DNA of 64,000 bases, taken from NCBI GenBank assembly GCA_964035545.1, contig OZ037771.1, positions 10,048,480 to 10,112,479 of the forward strand, given 5' to 3'. Positions within the stretch are counted from its first letter, which is position 1. Every line of letters begins with the position of its first letter. Origin of the DNA: Bugula neritina (Eukaryota; Animalia; Bryozoa). The position numbers and the translations under genes were made by a program. Below the pieces are notes generated by a model that saw nothing but the letters and a program-made list of their open reading frames with translations, was not told the origin of the DNA and made no database searches. Shown piece by piece: positions 32,480 through 45,100 of the stretch.

Positions 32480-32653
32480 CACAGTTGGTTTAAGGTCATA
32501 CTTTTCATTTTCTGGCTCTTTGCCAGGTGCTTTATGTTCTATATGAACAATGTTCCACTGATAGCTCGAACAGGTTGAATGTCACAGGAACAAAAAAAAT
32601 ATGAAAAGATAAAGAAATTTATGTTCTCCAATATACTTTTTTATTTTTTTCAA
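32480..32653 (+). repeat. Left terminal/subterminal inverted repeat of the transposon (~170 bp, imperfect)
   Basis: Blocks matching the right end in inverted, colinear order: 32480-32499, TGCTTTATGTT 32528-32538, GATAGCTCGAACAG 32560-32573, ATGAAAAGATA 32601-32611, ATATACTTTTTTA 32631-32643. Inner boundary approximate. Confidence 0.9.
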
Positions 32654-33046
32654 AAGCCAATTCATGTTTAAGTTATAGCTTGTTGAAAAACATAGTCCCC
32701 CTTCCACATTCTTTTCAATTTATACGCTCCTGACTTGTTATTGTGTCTCAATATGCCTTGTATTTGAGTGCTTGTTAGTCTCGCTTCACTAACTTCGCCT
32801 ATACTTCACAAGTGCCAGTGCTGCTGGCTCAAAAGCTAAATGTTATAAACTGTCAGCTAAAACCCAATCTTGTATTCCTAGGTTGGTTGGCCTAAATAAA
32901 ACAATAGTCAAATCATGATTTCATGTTTTAAAAATTTACTCTATTCTAACCTGCTGCCTAGCTAGTTCTATTTTTGATGTATAATTACAAAATTTGTGAT
33001 ACATTTTTTTGGCAACCATGTGATTTATAAAATGCAGTAATGGTAC

Positions 33047-33140
33047 TTATAATATTATATTATTATCATTATAATATATTATATAGTATTATGTGTGTTT
33101 TTATTATACTGCATAATATCTATTTTATTATTGTTGTTGT
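33047..33140. repeat. AT-rich low-complexity (TAT/ATT) tract inside the transposon
   Basis: ttataatattatattattatcattataatatattatatagtatt...tattttattattgttgttgt. Confidence 0.7.
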
Positions 33141-34062
33141 GCAAACAAGTGCAATTAACCTAGTTTTCAAAATGTACCTCTAAATTATCAGAATATCAGT
33201 TTAGATATTTTCATGCTTTGTAAGGTAAACCTAAAAAAAGAGGCTGTATTCCCAAAGTAAAGGGTGTTGAACTATGAACTATATTAGATTAGCCACTCTG
33301 CTACCAAGTGCATCAGTATAATATTATATGAATAGCTCTGATGCTTTGTCTCCGGTGGCTGGCTGCGATATGATAACTTGGCCAACTTCCAAGAGTTTAA
33401 AATTGGCGCAATTATTCAAGAGGTTACATACTGCACAGAGCTAGCAGTGATAGTAACCTTGCTATTGGCAGTACTTATTACAACTGCCAGCATATAAGCT
33501 GCATTGTAGAATGCCGTTGGGGTAGGCTAGTAAAACCAAATTCTGCTCTCTAATATACCTTAGACACAATGCAGCAACATAATTGTTCATTTCAAATTAC
33601 ATTGCCACCCTTACATGAGCTGTGGGCTTCATAAAGATTCATATGATTAGAGATTTATGCTATAGGCTAGCTATGATGAAAATAACACACCATTGTCAAA
33701 GTTAACTTCAAGTATGTTGTTTTCCAGAAACTCAGTAATGTCCATTTATCTCTCGCATACAAATACTTATGTAATAGCATACAGTTTAAGTTTTATTTTA
33801 GAGCACATCTGCAAACTCTACAATAAGAGCTTGCTTTACCAGTCTATTTCAGACCTGTTTTTGTAGCTAGTAATACGCAAGCTACTTATTTTTAAACTTT
33901 TGGGTTATTTGTTCAAAACCATTAGCTTTGCTAGTAACCCGAGACTATTGCAACAGTTGACTGCTATCAACATGAATTGACAGCCTAATAATTATAACCC
34001 GTTTGCGCGCGAAATATTTATGTAATGATAGTGACTCATATAGTGCGCGTTTCATTAACGAT

Positions 34063-34135
34063 GACTGCGTGGTCCAGAGGTTAGAGGCGTCAGCGACGAG
34101 TTGGATGGTCATGGTTCAACCTTGTTTTGTTGCAA
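34063..34135 (+). pseudogene. Degenerate tRNA-like / tRNA-derived Pol III promoter cassette inside the transposon
   Basis: A-box-like TGGTCCAGAGG (34070-34080) followed by TTAG, as in tRNA D-loops; B-box-like GGTTCAACC (34113-34121) at tRNA-typical spacing; imperfect arms (TCAGC/GTTGG, CATGG/CCTTG). The acceptor stem pairs poorly, so this is not a functional tRNA. Confidence 0.55.
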
Positions 34136-34143
34136 TTTTTTTT
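34136..34143 (+). terminator. Oligo-T (T8) putative RNA polymerase III terminator
   Basis: Run of 8 T directly after the tRNA-like segment; a T4 also occurs at 34125-34128. Confidence 0.4.
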
Positions 34144-34878
34144 GTCAATTTATGCAAATCCTCCGCATGTATAATAAATATGGCTATAAGTGTAAAGTTT
34201 TTTTTTTAACTTTTGTTCAACAGTAAGACAACATACATGCATAATAATTAGATACTGAACGCTGGACTAAACCTTAAATTGATCTTATAGAATACAATGT
34301 ACTTAAAATAATCATATGTGAATTAGAGAAACTGAAAGTACACCTGCGGTGCTATAGACAGACCTTTACTGACAAGACTGCAAAGTGAAGTGATTTAGCT
34401 GAAATTAACTCTGCCAAACAAACAAAGAATTATGTTGTGCTGAGGCATTTTCAATATATTATTGTAACATAGTGAGATGATTCAGCTAAGTGCTAATGTA
34501 AAACAGGGAACATTATCTTGGCAGAAATCCAATAGATTGCCAATTTGTGCGAGAGGGTACTATATGTTATTGTGATAGCGCAGAGCGGCAAACGTACTAG
34601 GAATGTTATAATTAGTCACAGGAGCGTAGCTAGAACCACCATATGAAGAATTTAGAAAATTGCAGTGAAACTTGCAAAATGGTGTATGTTTTTACCAAAT
34701 TGTGAAGAGCATAAACAGAATTTCAAAAAACAAAGAAAGTATATTAGAGAAAACATATCAAGGAATGTCAAGTTTAACTTTTAGACTTTATAAAATGAAT
34801 CCCCTGTGCTACAGCAGTGGAACATGGAGGGTATAAAATTTTACTTATTATGCAACAACTTTCTCAGAAAAATTTTTA

Positions 34879-35043
34879 TTGAAAAATTAAAAAAGTATAT
34901 GAAAGAGGAATGCAAGAGCTATCTTTTCATGTAAAATTTGTTAATGTGAGACAAAAACTGTTCGAGCTATCCCCTGGAAACCGTTTATATATAACATAAA
35001 GCAGTGCTTGAATCTGGAAAGTAATGACCTTAAACTAACTGTG
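34879..35043 (-). repeat. Right terminal/subterminal inverted repeat of the transposon
   Basis: TAAAAAAGTATAT 34888-34900, TATCTTTTCAT 34920-34930, CTGTTCGAGCTATC 34958-34971, AACATAAAGCA 34993-35003 and 35024-35043 are reverse complements of the left-end blocks. Inner boundary approximate. Confidence 0.9.
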
Positions 35044-38000
35044 AAAACATGAGCCATATACTGAAAAATGCCTCAGCATACTCAAATATACTGCAAGATG
35101 CTGCAACATACGTAAATACACTGTAACATACTGAAATACACTGCAACATACTGCAGCATAGTGAAGTACACTGTAAAATATTGAAATACACTGCAACACA
35201 TTGGAATATACTGCAACACACTGAAATATACTGCAACATACTGAAATATACTGCAACATACTGCAACATACTAAAGTGCACTGTAGCATACTGTAACTTA
35301 CTGAAATACACTGCAACAAACTGTAACATACTGAAACACACTGAAACATACTGAAACATACTGAAACATACTGTAAGATACTGAAACACACTGAAACATA
35401 CTGAAACATACTGAGACATACTGAAATACACTGCAACATACTGAAACATACTGAAATATACTGAAATATACTAAAATACACTGGAACACATTGAAAAATA
35501 CTGCAACATACTGAAAGACACTTCAACCCACTGAAGTATAGTGTAATATACGGAAATGTACTGTAACATACTGATATTTACTGTAACACACTAAAATATA
35601 CTGCAACATACTGAAATACACTGTAACATACCGAAATAAACTGCAACATAATGCAACATACTGAATTACACTGTAACATACTAAAATACACTGCAACATT
35701 CTGCAACATACTTCAACGTACTGAAAGACACTGTAACATAATGAAATACACTGCAACACATTGAAATATACCGCAACAGACTGGAATATACTGCAACACA
35801 TCCAAGTACATCGTAATATACGGACATGTACTGTAACATACTGGAACATACAGAAATACACTGCAACAAACTGTAACATACTGAAACACACTGAAACATA
35901 CTGAAACATACTGAAACATACTGTAACATACTGAAACACACTGAAACATACTGAAACATACTGAGACATACTGAAATACACTGCAACATACTGCAACATA
36001 CTGAAATATACTGAAATATACTGAAATACACTGTAACACATTGAAAAATACCGCAACATACTGAAAGACACTTCAACTCACTGAAGTATAGTGTAATATA
36101 CGGAAATGTACTGTAACATACTGATATTTACTGTAACACACTGAAATGAACTGCAACATACTGAAATACACTGTTACATGCCAAAATAAACTGCAACATA
36201 CTGCAACATACTGAAATACACTGTAACATACTCAAATACACTGCAACATTCTGCAACATATTGAAATATACTGCAACACACTGAAATATACTGCAACACA
36301 CTGAAATATACTGCAAAACACTGAAATATACTTCAACATACTGCAACATACTGAAAGACACTACAACTCACTGAAGTATAGTGCAATATACAGAAATGTA
36401 CTCTAACATACTGATATTTAATGTTACACACTGAAATATACTACAACATACTGAAATACACTGTAACATACCGAAATAAGCTGCAACATACTGCAACATA
36501 CTGAAATACACTGTAACATGATGAAGTACACTGCAAAACATTGAAATACACTGCAACAAACTGAAATATACTGCAACACATCCAAGTAGACTGTAATATA
36601 CGGACATGTACTGTAACATACTGAAACAAAATGAAATATACTGTAACACTCTGAGTAATACTGCAAAATGCTGAAATATACTGTAACACAGTGAAGTATA
36701 CTGCAAAATTCTGAAACATACTGCAACATACTAAAACATGAGCCATATACTGAAAAATGCCTCAGCATACTCAAATATACTGCAAGATGCTGCAACATAC
36801 GTAAATACACTGTAACATACTGAAATACACTGCAACATACTGCAGCATAGTGAAGTACACTGTAAAATATTGAAATACACTGCAACACATTGGAATATAC
36901 TGCAACACACTGAAATATACTGCAACATACTGAAATATACTGCAACATACTGCAACATACTAAAGTGCACTGTAGCATACTGTAACTTACTGAAATACAC
37001 TGCAACAAACTGTAACATACTGAAACACACTGAAACATACTGAAACATACTGAAACATACTGTAAGATACTGAAACACACTGAAACATACTGAAACATAC
37101 TGAGACATACTGAGACATACTGAAATACACTGCAACATACTGAAACATACTGAAATATACTGAAATATACTAAAATACACTGGAACACATTGAAAAATAC
37201 TGCAACATACTGAAAGACACTTCAACCCACTGAAGTATAGTGTAATATACGGAAATGTACTGTAACATACTGATATTTACTGTAACACACTAAAATATAC
37301 TGCAACATACTGAAATACACTGTAACATACCGAAATAAACTGCAACATAATGCAACATACTGAATTACACTGTAACATACTAAAATACACTGCAACATTC
37401 TGCAACATACTTCAACGTACTGAAAGACACTGTAACATAATGAAATACACTGCAACACATTGAAATATACCGCAACAGACTGGAATATACTGCAACACAT
37501 CCAAGTACATCGTAATATACGGACATGTACTGTAACATACTGGAACATACAGAAATACACTGCAACAAACTGTAACATACTGAAACACACTGAAACATAC
37601 TGAAACATACTGAAACATACTGTAACATACTGAAACACACTGAAACATACTGAAACATACTGAGACATACTGAAATACACTGCAACATACTGCAACATAC
37701 TGAAATATACTGAAATATACTGAAATACACTGTAACACATTGAAAAATACCGCAACATACTGAAAGACACTTCAACTCACTGAAGTATAGTGTAATATAC
37801 GGAAATGTACTGTAACATACTGATATTTACTGTAACACACTGAAATGAACTGCAACATACTGAAATACACTGTTACATGCCAAAATAAACTGCAACATAC
37901 TGCAACATACTGAAATACACTGTAACATACTCAAATACACTGCAACATTCTGCAACATATTGAAATATACTGCAACACACTGAAATATACTGCAACACAC

Positions 38001-41000
38001 TGAAATATACTGCAAAATACTGAAATATACTTCAACATACTGCAACATACTGAAAGACACTACAACTCACTGAAGTATAGTGCAATATACAGAAATGTAC
38101 TCTAACATACTGATATTTAATGTTACACACTGAAATATACTAAAACATACTGAAATACACTGTAACATACCGAAATAAGCTGCAACATACTGCAACATAC
38201 TGAAATACACTGTAACATGATGAAGTACACTGCAACACATTGAAATACACTGCAACAAACTGAAATATACTGCAACATACTGAAATGTACTGCAACATAC
38301 TGAAATACATTGCAACATATCGAAGTATATCGTAATAAACGGACATGTACTGAAACATACTGAAACACACTGAAACATACGGAAACATACTGAAACATAC
38401 TGAAATACACTGCAACAAACTGCAACATACTGAAACATACTGTAACATGATGAAAAACACTGCAACACATTGAAATATACTGCAACAAACTGAAATATAC
38501 TGCAACATACTGAAACGTACTGCAACATACTGAAACTAATTGCAACATATCGAAGTATATCGTAAAATACGGACATGTACTGTAACATACTGAAACACAC
38601 TGAAACATACTGAAACATACTGAAACATACTGAAACATACTGAGATACACTGCAACATACTGCAACATACTGAAATACACTGTAACATGATGAAATACAC
38701 TGCAACACATTGGAATATACTGCAACAAACTGGAATATACTGCAACATACTGAAATGTGCTGCAACATACTGAAATACATTGCAATATATCGAAGTATAT
38801 CGTAATATACGGACATGTACTGTAACATACTGAAACACACTGAAACATACTGAAACATACTAAAATATACTGAAACATACTGAAATACACTGTAACACAT
38901 TGAAAAATACTGCAACATACTGAAGGACACTTCAACTCACTGAAGTATAGTGTAATATACAGAAATGTACTGTAACATACTGATATTTACTATAACACAC
39001 TGAAATATACTGCAACATACTGAAATACACTGTAACATACCGAAATAAACTGCAACATAATGCAACATACTGAATTACACTGTAACATACTAAAATACAC
39101 TGCAACATTCTGCAACATACTTCAACGTACTGAAAGACACTGTAACATAATGAAATACACTGCAACACATTGAAATATACCGCAACAGACAGGAATATAC
39201 TGCAACACATCCAAGTACATAGTAGTATACGGACATGTACTGTAACATACTGGAACATACTGAAACATACTGCAACATTCTGAAGTACACTGTAAGATAT
39301 TGAAATACACCGCAACAAACTGCAACATATTGAAGTACACTGTACATATTGAAAAACACTGCAACACACTGAAATATACTGCAACACACTGAAATATACT
39401 GCAAATAAACTGAATTATACTTCAACATACTGCAACATACTGAAAGACACTACAACTCACTGAAGTATAGTGCAATATACAGAAATGTATTCTAACATAC
39501 TGATATTTAATGTTACACACTGAAATATACTACAACATACTGAAATACACTGCAACATACCGAAATAAGCTGCAACATACTGCAACATACTGAAATACAC
39601 TGTAACATGATGTAGTACACTGCAACACATTGAAATATACTGCAACACACTGAAATATACTGCAAAATACTGAATTATACTTCAACATACTGCAACATAC
39701 TGAAAGACACTACAACTCATTGAAGTATAGTGCAATATACAGAAATGTACTCTAACATACTGATATTTAATGTTACACACTGAAATATACTACAACATAC
39801 TGAAATACACTGTAACATACCGAAATAAGCTGCAACATACTGCAACATACTGAAATACACTGTAACATGATGAAGTACACTGCAACACATTGAAATACAC
39901 TGCAACAAACTGAAATATACTGCATCATACTGAAATGTACTGCAACATACTGAAATACATTGCAACATATCGAAGTATATCGTAATAAACGGACATGTAC
40001 TGAAACATACTGAAACACACTGAAACATACTGAAACATACTGAAACATACTGAAATACACTGCAACAAACTGCAACATACTGAAACATACTGTAACATGA
40101 TGAAAAACACTGCAACACATTGAAATATACTGCAACAAACTGAAATATACTGCAACATACTGAAACGTACTGCAACATACTGAAACTAATTGCAACATAT
40201 CGAAGTATATCGTAAAATACGGACATGTACTGTAACATACTGAAACACACTGAAACATACTGAAACATACTGAAACATACTGAAACATACTGAGATACAC
40301 TGCAACATACTGCAACATACTGAAATACACTGTAACATGATGAAATACACTGCAACACATTGGAATATACTGCAACAAACTGGAATATACTGCAACATAC
40401 TGAAACGTGCTGCAACATACTGAAATACATTGCAATATATCGAAGTATATCGTAATATACGGACATGTACTGTAACATACTGAAACACACTGAAACATAC
40501 TGAAACATACTAAAATATACTGAAACATACTGAAATACACTCTAACACATTGAAAAATACTGCAACATACTGAAGGACACTTCAACTCACTGAAGTATAG
40601 TGTAATATACAGAAATGTACTGTAACATACTGATATTTACTGTAACACACTGAAATATACTGCAACATACTGAAATACACTGTAACATACCGAAATAAGC
40701 TGCAACATAATGCAACATACTGAATTACACTGTAACATACTAAAATACACTGCAACATTCTGCAACATACTTCAACGTACTGAAAGACACTGTAACATAA
40801 TGAAATACACTGCAACACATTGAAATATACCGCAACAGACAGGAATATACTGCAACACATCCAAGTACATAGTAGTATACGGACATGTACTGTAACATAC
40901 TGGAACATACTGAAACATACTGCAACATTCTGAAGTACACTGTAAAATATTGAAATACACCGCAACAAACTGCAACATATTGAAGTACACTGTACATATT

Positions 41001-42125
41001 GAAAAACACTGCAACACACTGAAATATACTGCAACACACTGAAATATACTGCAAAAAAACTGAATTATACTTCAACATACTGCAACATACTGAAAGACAC
41101 TACAACTCACTGAAGTATAGTACAATATACAGAAATGTATTCTAACATACTGATATTTAATGTTACACACTGAAATATACTACAACATACTGAAATACAC
41201 TGCAACATACCGAAATAAGCTGCAACATACTGCAACATACTGAAATACACTGTAACATGATGTAGTACACTGCAACACATTGAAATATACTGCAACACAA
41301 TGAAATATACTGCAAAATACTGAAATATACTGCAACACATCCAAGTAGACTGTAATATACGGACATGTACTGTAACATACTGAAACAAAATGAAATATAC
41401 TGTAACACTCTGAGTAATACTGCAAAATGCTGAAATATACTGTAACACAGTGAAGTATACTGCAAAATTCTGAAACATACTGCAACATACTAAAACATGA
41501 GCCATATACTGAAAAATGCCTCAGCATACTCAAATATACTGCAAGATGCTGCAACATACGTAAATACACTGTAACATACTGAAATACACTGCAACATACT
41601 GCAGCATAGTGAAGTACACTGTAAAATATTGAAATACACTGCAACACATTGGAATATACTGCAACACACTGAAATATACTGCAACATACTGAAATATACT
41701 GCAACATACTGCAACATACTAAAGTGCACTGTAGCATACTGTAACTTACTGAAATACACTGCAACAAACTGTAACATACTGAAACACACTGAAACATACT
41801 GAAACATACTGAAACATACTGTAAGATACTGAAACACACTGAAACATACTGAAACATACTGAGACATACTGAAATACACTGCAACATACTGAAATACACT
41901 GCAACAAGTTGGAATATACTGCAACATACCCAAGTATATGGTAATATAATGAAATGTACTGCAACATACCGCAACATACTCAAAAACACTGTAACAAACT
42001 GAAATACGCTGCAACACATTGGAATAAACTGCGACATATCGAAATAAATGGTAATATACTGAAATATATTGAAATACACTGTAACACATTGAAAAATACT
42101 GCAACATACTGAAACACACTACAAC

Positions 42126-45100
42126 TCGCTGAAGTATAGTGTAACTTACTGAAATGTACTGTAACATAATGATATTTACTGCAACACACTGAAACATACT
42201 GCAACATACTGAAATACACTGTTACATACTAAAATACACTGCAACATACTAAAATACACTGCAACAACCTGCAACATTCTGCAACATACTTCAACATACT
42301 GAAAAACACTGTAACAAACTGAAATACGCTGCAACACATTGGAATATACTGCAACATACCCAAATAAATGGTAACATACTGAAATATACTGAAATACAAT
42401 GTAACGCATTGAAAAATACTGCAACACACTGAAAGACACTACAACTCACTGAAGTATAGTGTAATATATGAAAACGTACTGTAACATACTGATATTTACT
42501 GCAACACACTGAAATATACTGCAACATACTGAAATACACTGTTACATGCCAAAATAAACTGCAACATACTGCAACATACTGAAATACACTGTAACATACT
42601 CAAATACACGGCAACATTCTGCAACATATTGAAATATACTGCAACACACTGAAATATACTGCAACACATCCAAGTAGACTGTAATATACGGACATGTACT
42701 GTAACATACTGAAACAAAATGAAATATACTGTAACACTCTGAGTAATACTGCAAAATGCTGAAATATACTGTAACACAGTGAAGTATACTGCAAAATTCT
42801 GAAACATACTGCAACATACTAAAACATGAGCAATATACTGAAAAATGCCTCAGCATACTCAAATATACTGCAAGATGCTGCAACATACGTAAATACACTG
42901 TAACATACTGAAATACACTGCAACATACTGCAGCATACTGAAGTACACTGTAAAATATTGAAATACACTGCAACACATTGGAATATACTGCAACACACTG
43001 AAATATACTGCAACATACTGAAATATACTGCAACATACTGCAACATACTAAAGTGCACTGTAACATACTGTAACTTACTGAAATACACGGCAACAAACTG
43101 TAACATACTGAAACACACTGAAACATACTGAAACATACTGAAACATACTGAGACATACTGAAATACACTGCAACATACTGAAACATACTGAAATATACTG
43201 AAATATACTAAAATACACTGGAACACATTGAAAAATACTGCAACATACTGAAAGACACTTCAACCCACTGAAGTATAGTGTAATATACGGAAATGTACTG
43301 TAACATACTGATATTTACTGTAACACACTGAAATATACTGCAACATACTGAAATACACTGTAACATACCGAAATAAACTGCAACATAATGCAACATACTG
43401 AATTACACTGTAACATACTAAAATACACTGCAACATTCTGCAACATACTTCAACGTACTGAAAGACACTGTAACATAATGAAATACACTGCAACACATTG
43501 AAATATACCGCAACAGACTGGAATATACTGCAACACATCCAAGTACATCGTAATATACGGACATGTACTGTAACATACTGGAACATACAGAAATACACTG
43601 CAACAAACTGTAACATACTGAAACACACTGAAACATACTGAAACATACTGAAACATACTGTAACATACTGAAACACACTGAAACATACTGAAACATACTG
43701 AGACATACTGAAATACACTGCAACATACTGCAACATACTGAAATATACTGAAATATACTGAAATACACTGTAACACATTGAAAAATACCGCAACATACTG
43801 AAAGACACTTCAACTCACTGAAGTATAGTGTAATATACGGAAATGTACTGTAACATACTGATATTTACTGTAACACACTGAAATGAACTGCAACATACTG
43901 AAATACACTGTAACATGCCAAAATAAACTGCAACATACTGCAACATACTGAAATACACTGTAACATACTCAAATACACTGCAACATTCTGCAACATATTG
44001 AAATATACTGCAACACACTGAAATATACTGCAACACACTGAAATATACTGCAAAATACTGAAATATACTTCAACATACTGCAACATACTGAAAGACACTA
44101 CAACTCACTGAAGTATAGTGCAATATACAGAAATGTACTCTAACATACTGATATTTAATGTTACACACTGAAATATACTAAAACATACTGAAATACACTG
44201 TAACATACCGAAATAAGCTGCAACATACTGCAACATACTGAAATACACTGTAACATGATGAAGTACACTGCAACACATTGAAATACACTGCAACAAACTG
44301 AAATATACTGCAACATACTGAAATGTACTGCAACATGCTGAAACTAATTGCAACATATCGAAGTATATCGTAAAATACGGACATGTACTGTAACATACTG
44401 AAACACACTGAAACATACTGAAACATACTGAAACATACTGAAACATACTGAGATACACTGCAACATACTGCAACATACTGAAATACACTGTAACATGATG
44501 AAATACACTGCAACACATTGGAATATACTGCAACAAACTGGAATATACTGCAACATACTGAAATGTGCTGCAACATACTGAAATACATTACAATATATCG
44601 AAGTATATCGTAATATACGGACATGTACTGTAACATACTGAAACACACTGAAACATACTGAAACATACTAAAATATACTGAAACATACTGAAATACACTG
44701 TAACACATTGAAAAATACTGCAACATACTGAAGGACACTTCAACTCAATGAAGTATAGTGTAATATACAGAAATGTACTGTAACATACTGATATTTACTG
44801 TAACACACTGAAATATACTGCAACATACTGAAATACACTGTAACATACCGAAATAAACTGCAACATAATGCAACATACTGAATTACACTGTAACATACTA
44901 AAATACACTGCAACATTCTGCAACATACTTCAACGTACTGAAAGACACTGTAACATAATGAAATACACTGCAACACATTGAAATATACCGCAACAGACAG
45001 GAATATACTGCAACACATCCAAGTACATAGTAGTATACGGACATGTACTGTAACATACTGGAACATACTGAAACATACTGCAACATTCTGAAGTACACTG

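Larger units (their letters stand above)
32480..35043. mobile_element. Non-autonomous TIR DNA transposon, 2564 bp, probably CMC (EnSpm/CACTA-like) superfamily
   Basis: Unique AT-rich sequence interrupting the satellite. Ends CACAGTTGGTTTAAGGTCAT (32480-32499) and ATGACCTTAAACTAACTGTG (35024-35043) are 19/20 inverted. Filled site ACT-AA[element]AA-AACATGAG versus empty site ACT-AAAA-CATGAG gives a 2-bp AA TSD. No ORF longer than 68 aa in the track. The superfamily call rests only on CAC termini plus 2-bp TSD. Confidence 0.9.
29918..41880 (+). repeat. Paralogous satellite blocks offset by 9014 bp (6448 bp without the transposon)
   Basis: 29918/38932, 30703/39717, 31568/40582 and 32093/41107 share private variants (TTTACTATAAC, GCAAATAAAC, CAACTCATTG, GTATAGTACA); the first copy holds the insertion, the second is empty. 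Confidence 0.85.

Noticed and set aside
32480-32520. RSS-like terminus (CACAGTT versus heptamer CACAGTG) suggesting Transib/ProtoRAG
   Set aside because: The TSD is 2 bp rather than 5 bp, and there is no nonamer at 12/23 spacing; the ACAAAAACT at 34951 is in the wrong orientation and too far from the end.
33931-33960. Helitron-like CTAG...ACCCG end
   Set aside because: No GC-rich hairpin partner next to the CTAG and no matching opposite end.
34063-34135. Functional tRNA gene
   Set aside because: Acceptor and T stems pair poorly and no canonical 7-nt anticodon loop can be assigned; kept only as tRNA-like.
34003-34209. 68-aa + strand ORF inside the transposon
   Set aside because: Non-ATG (TTG) start, short, no recognisable transposase motif; probably open only because it crosses the GC-richer tRNA-like patch.
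34576-34590. Second A-box-like motif TAGCGCAGAGCGG
   Set aside because: No B box at a suitable distance downstream.
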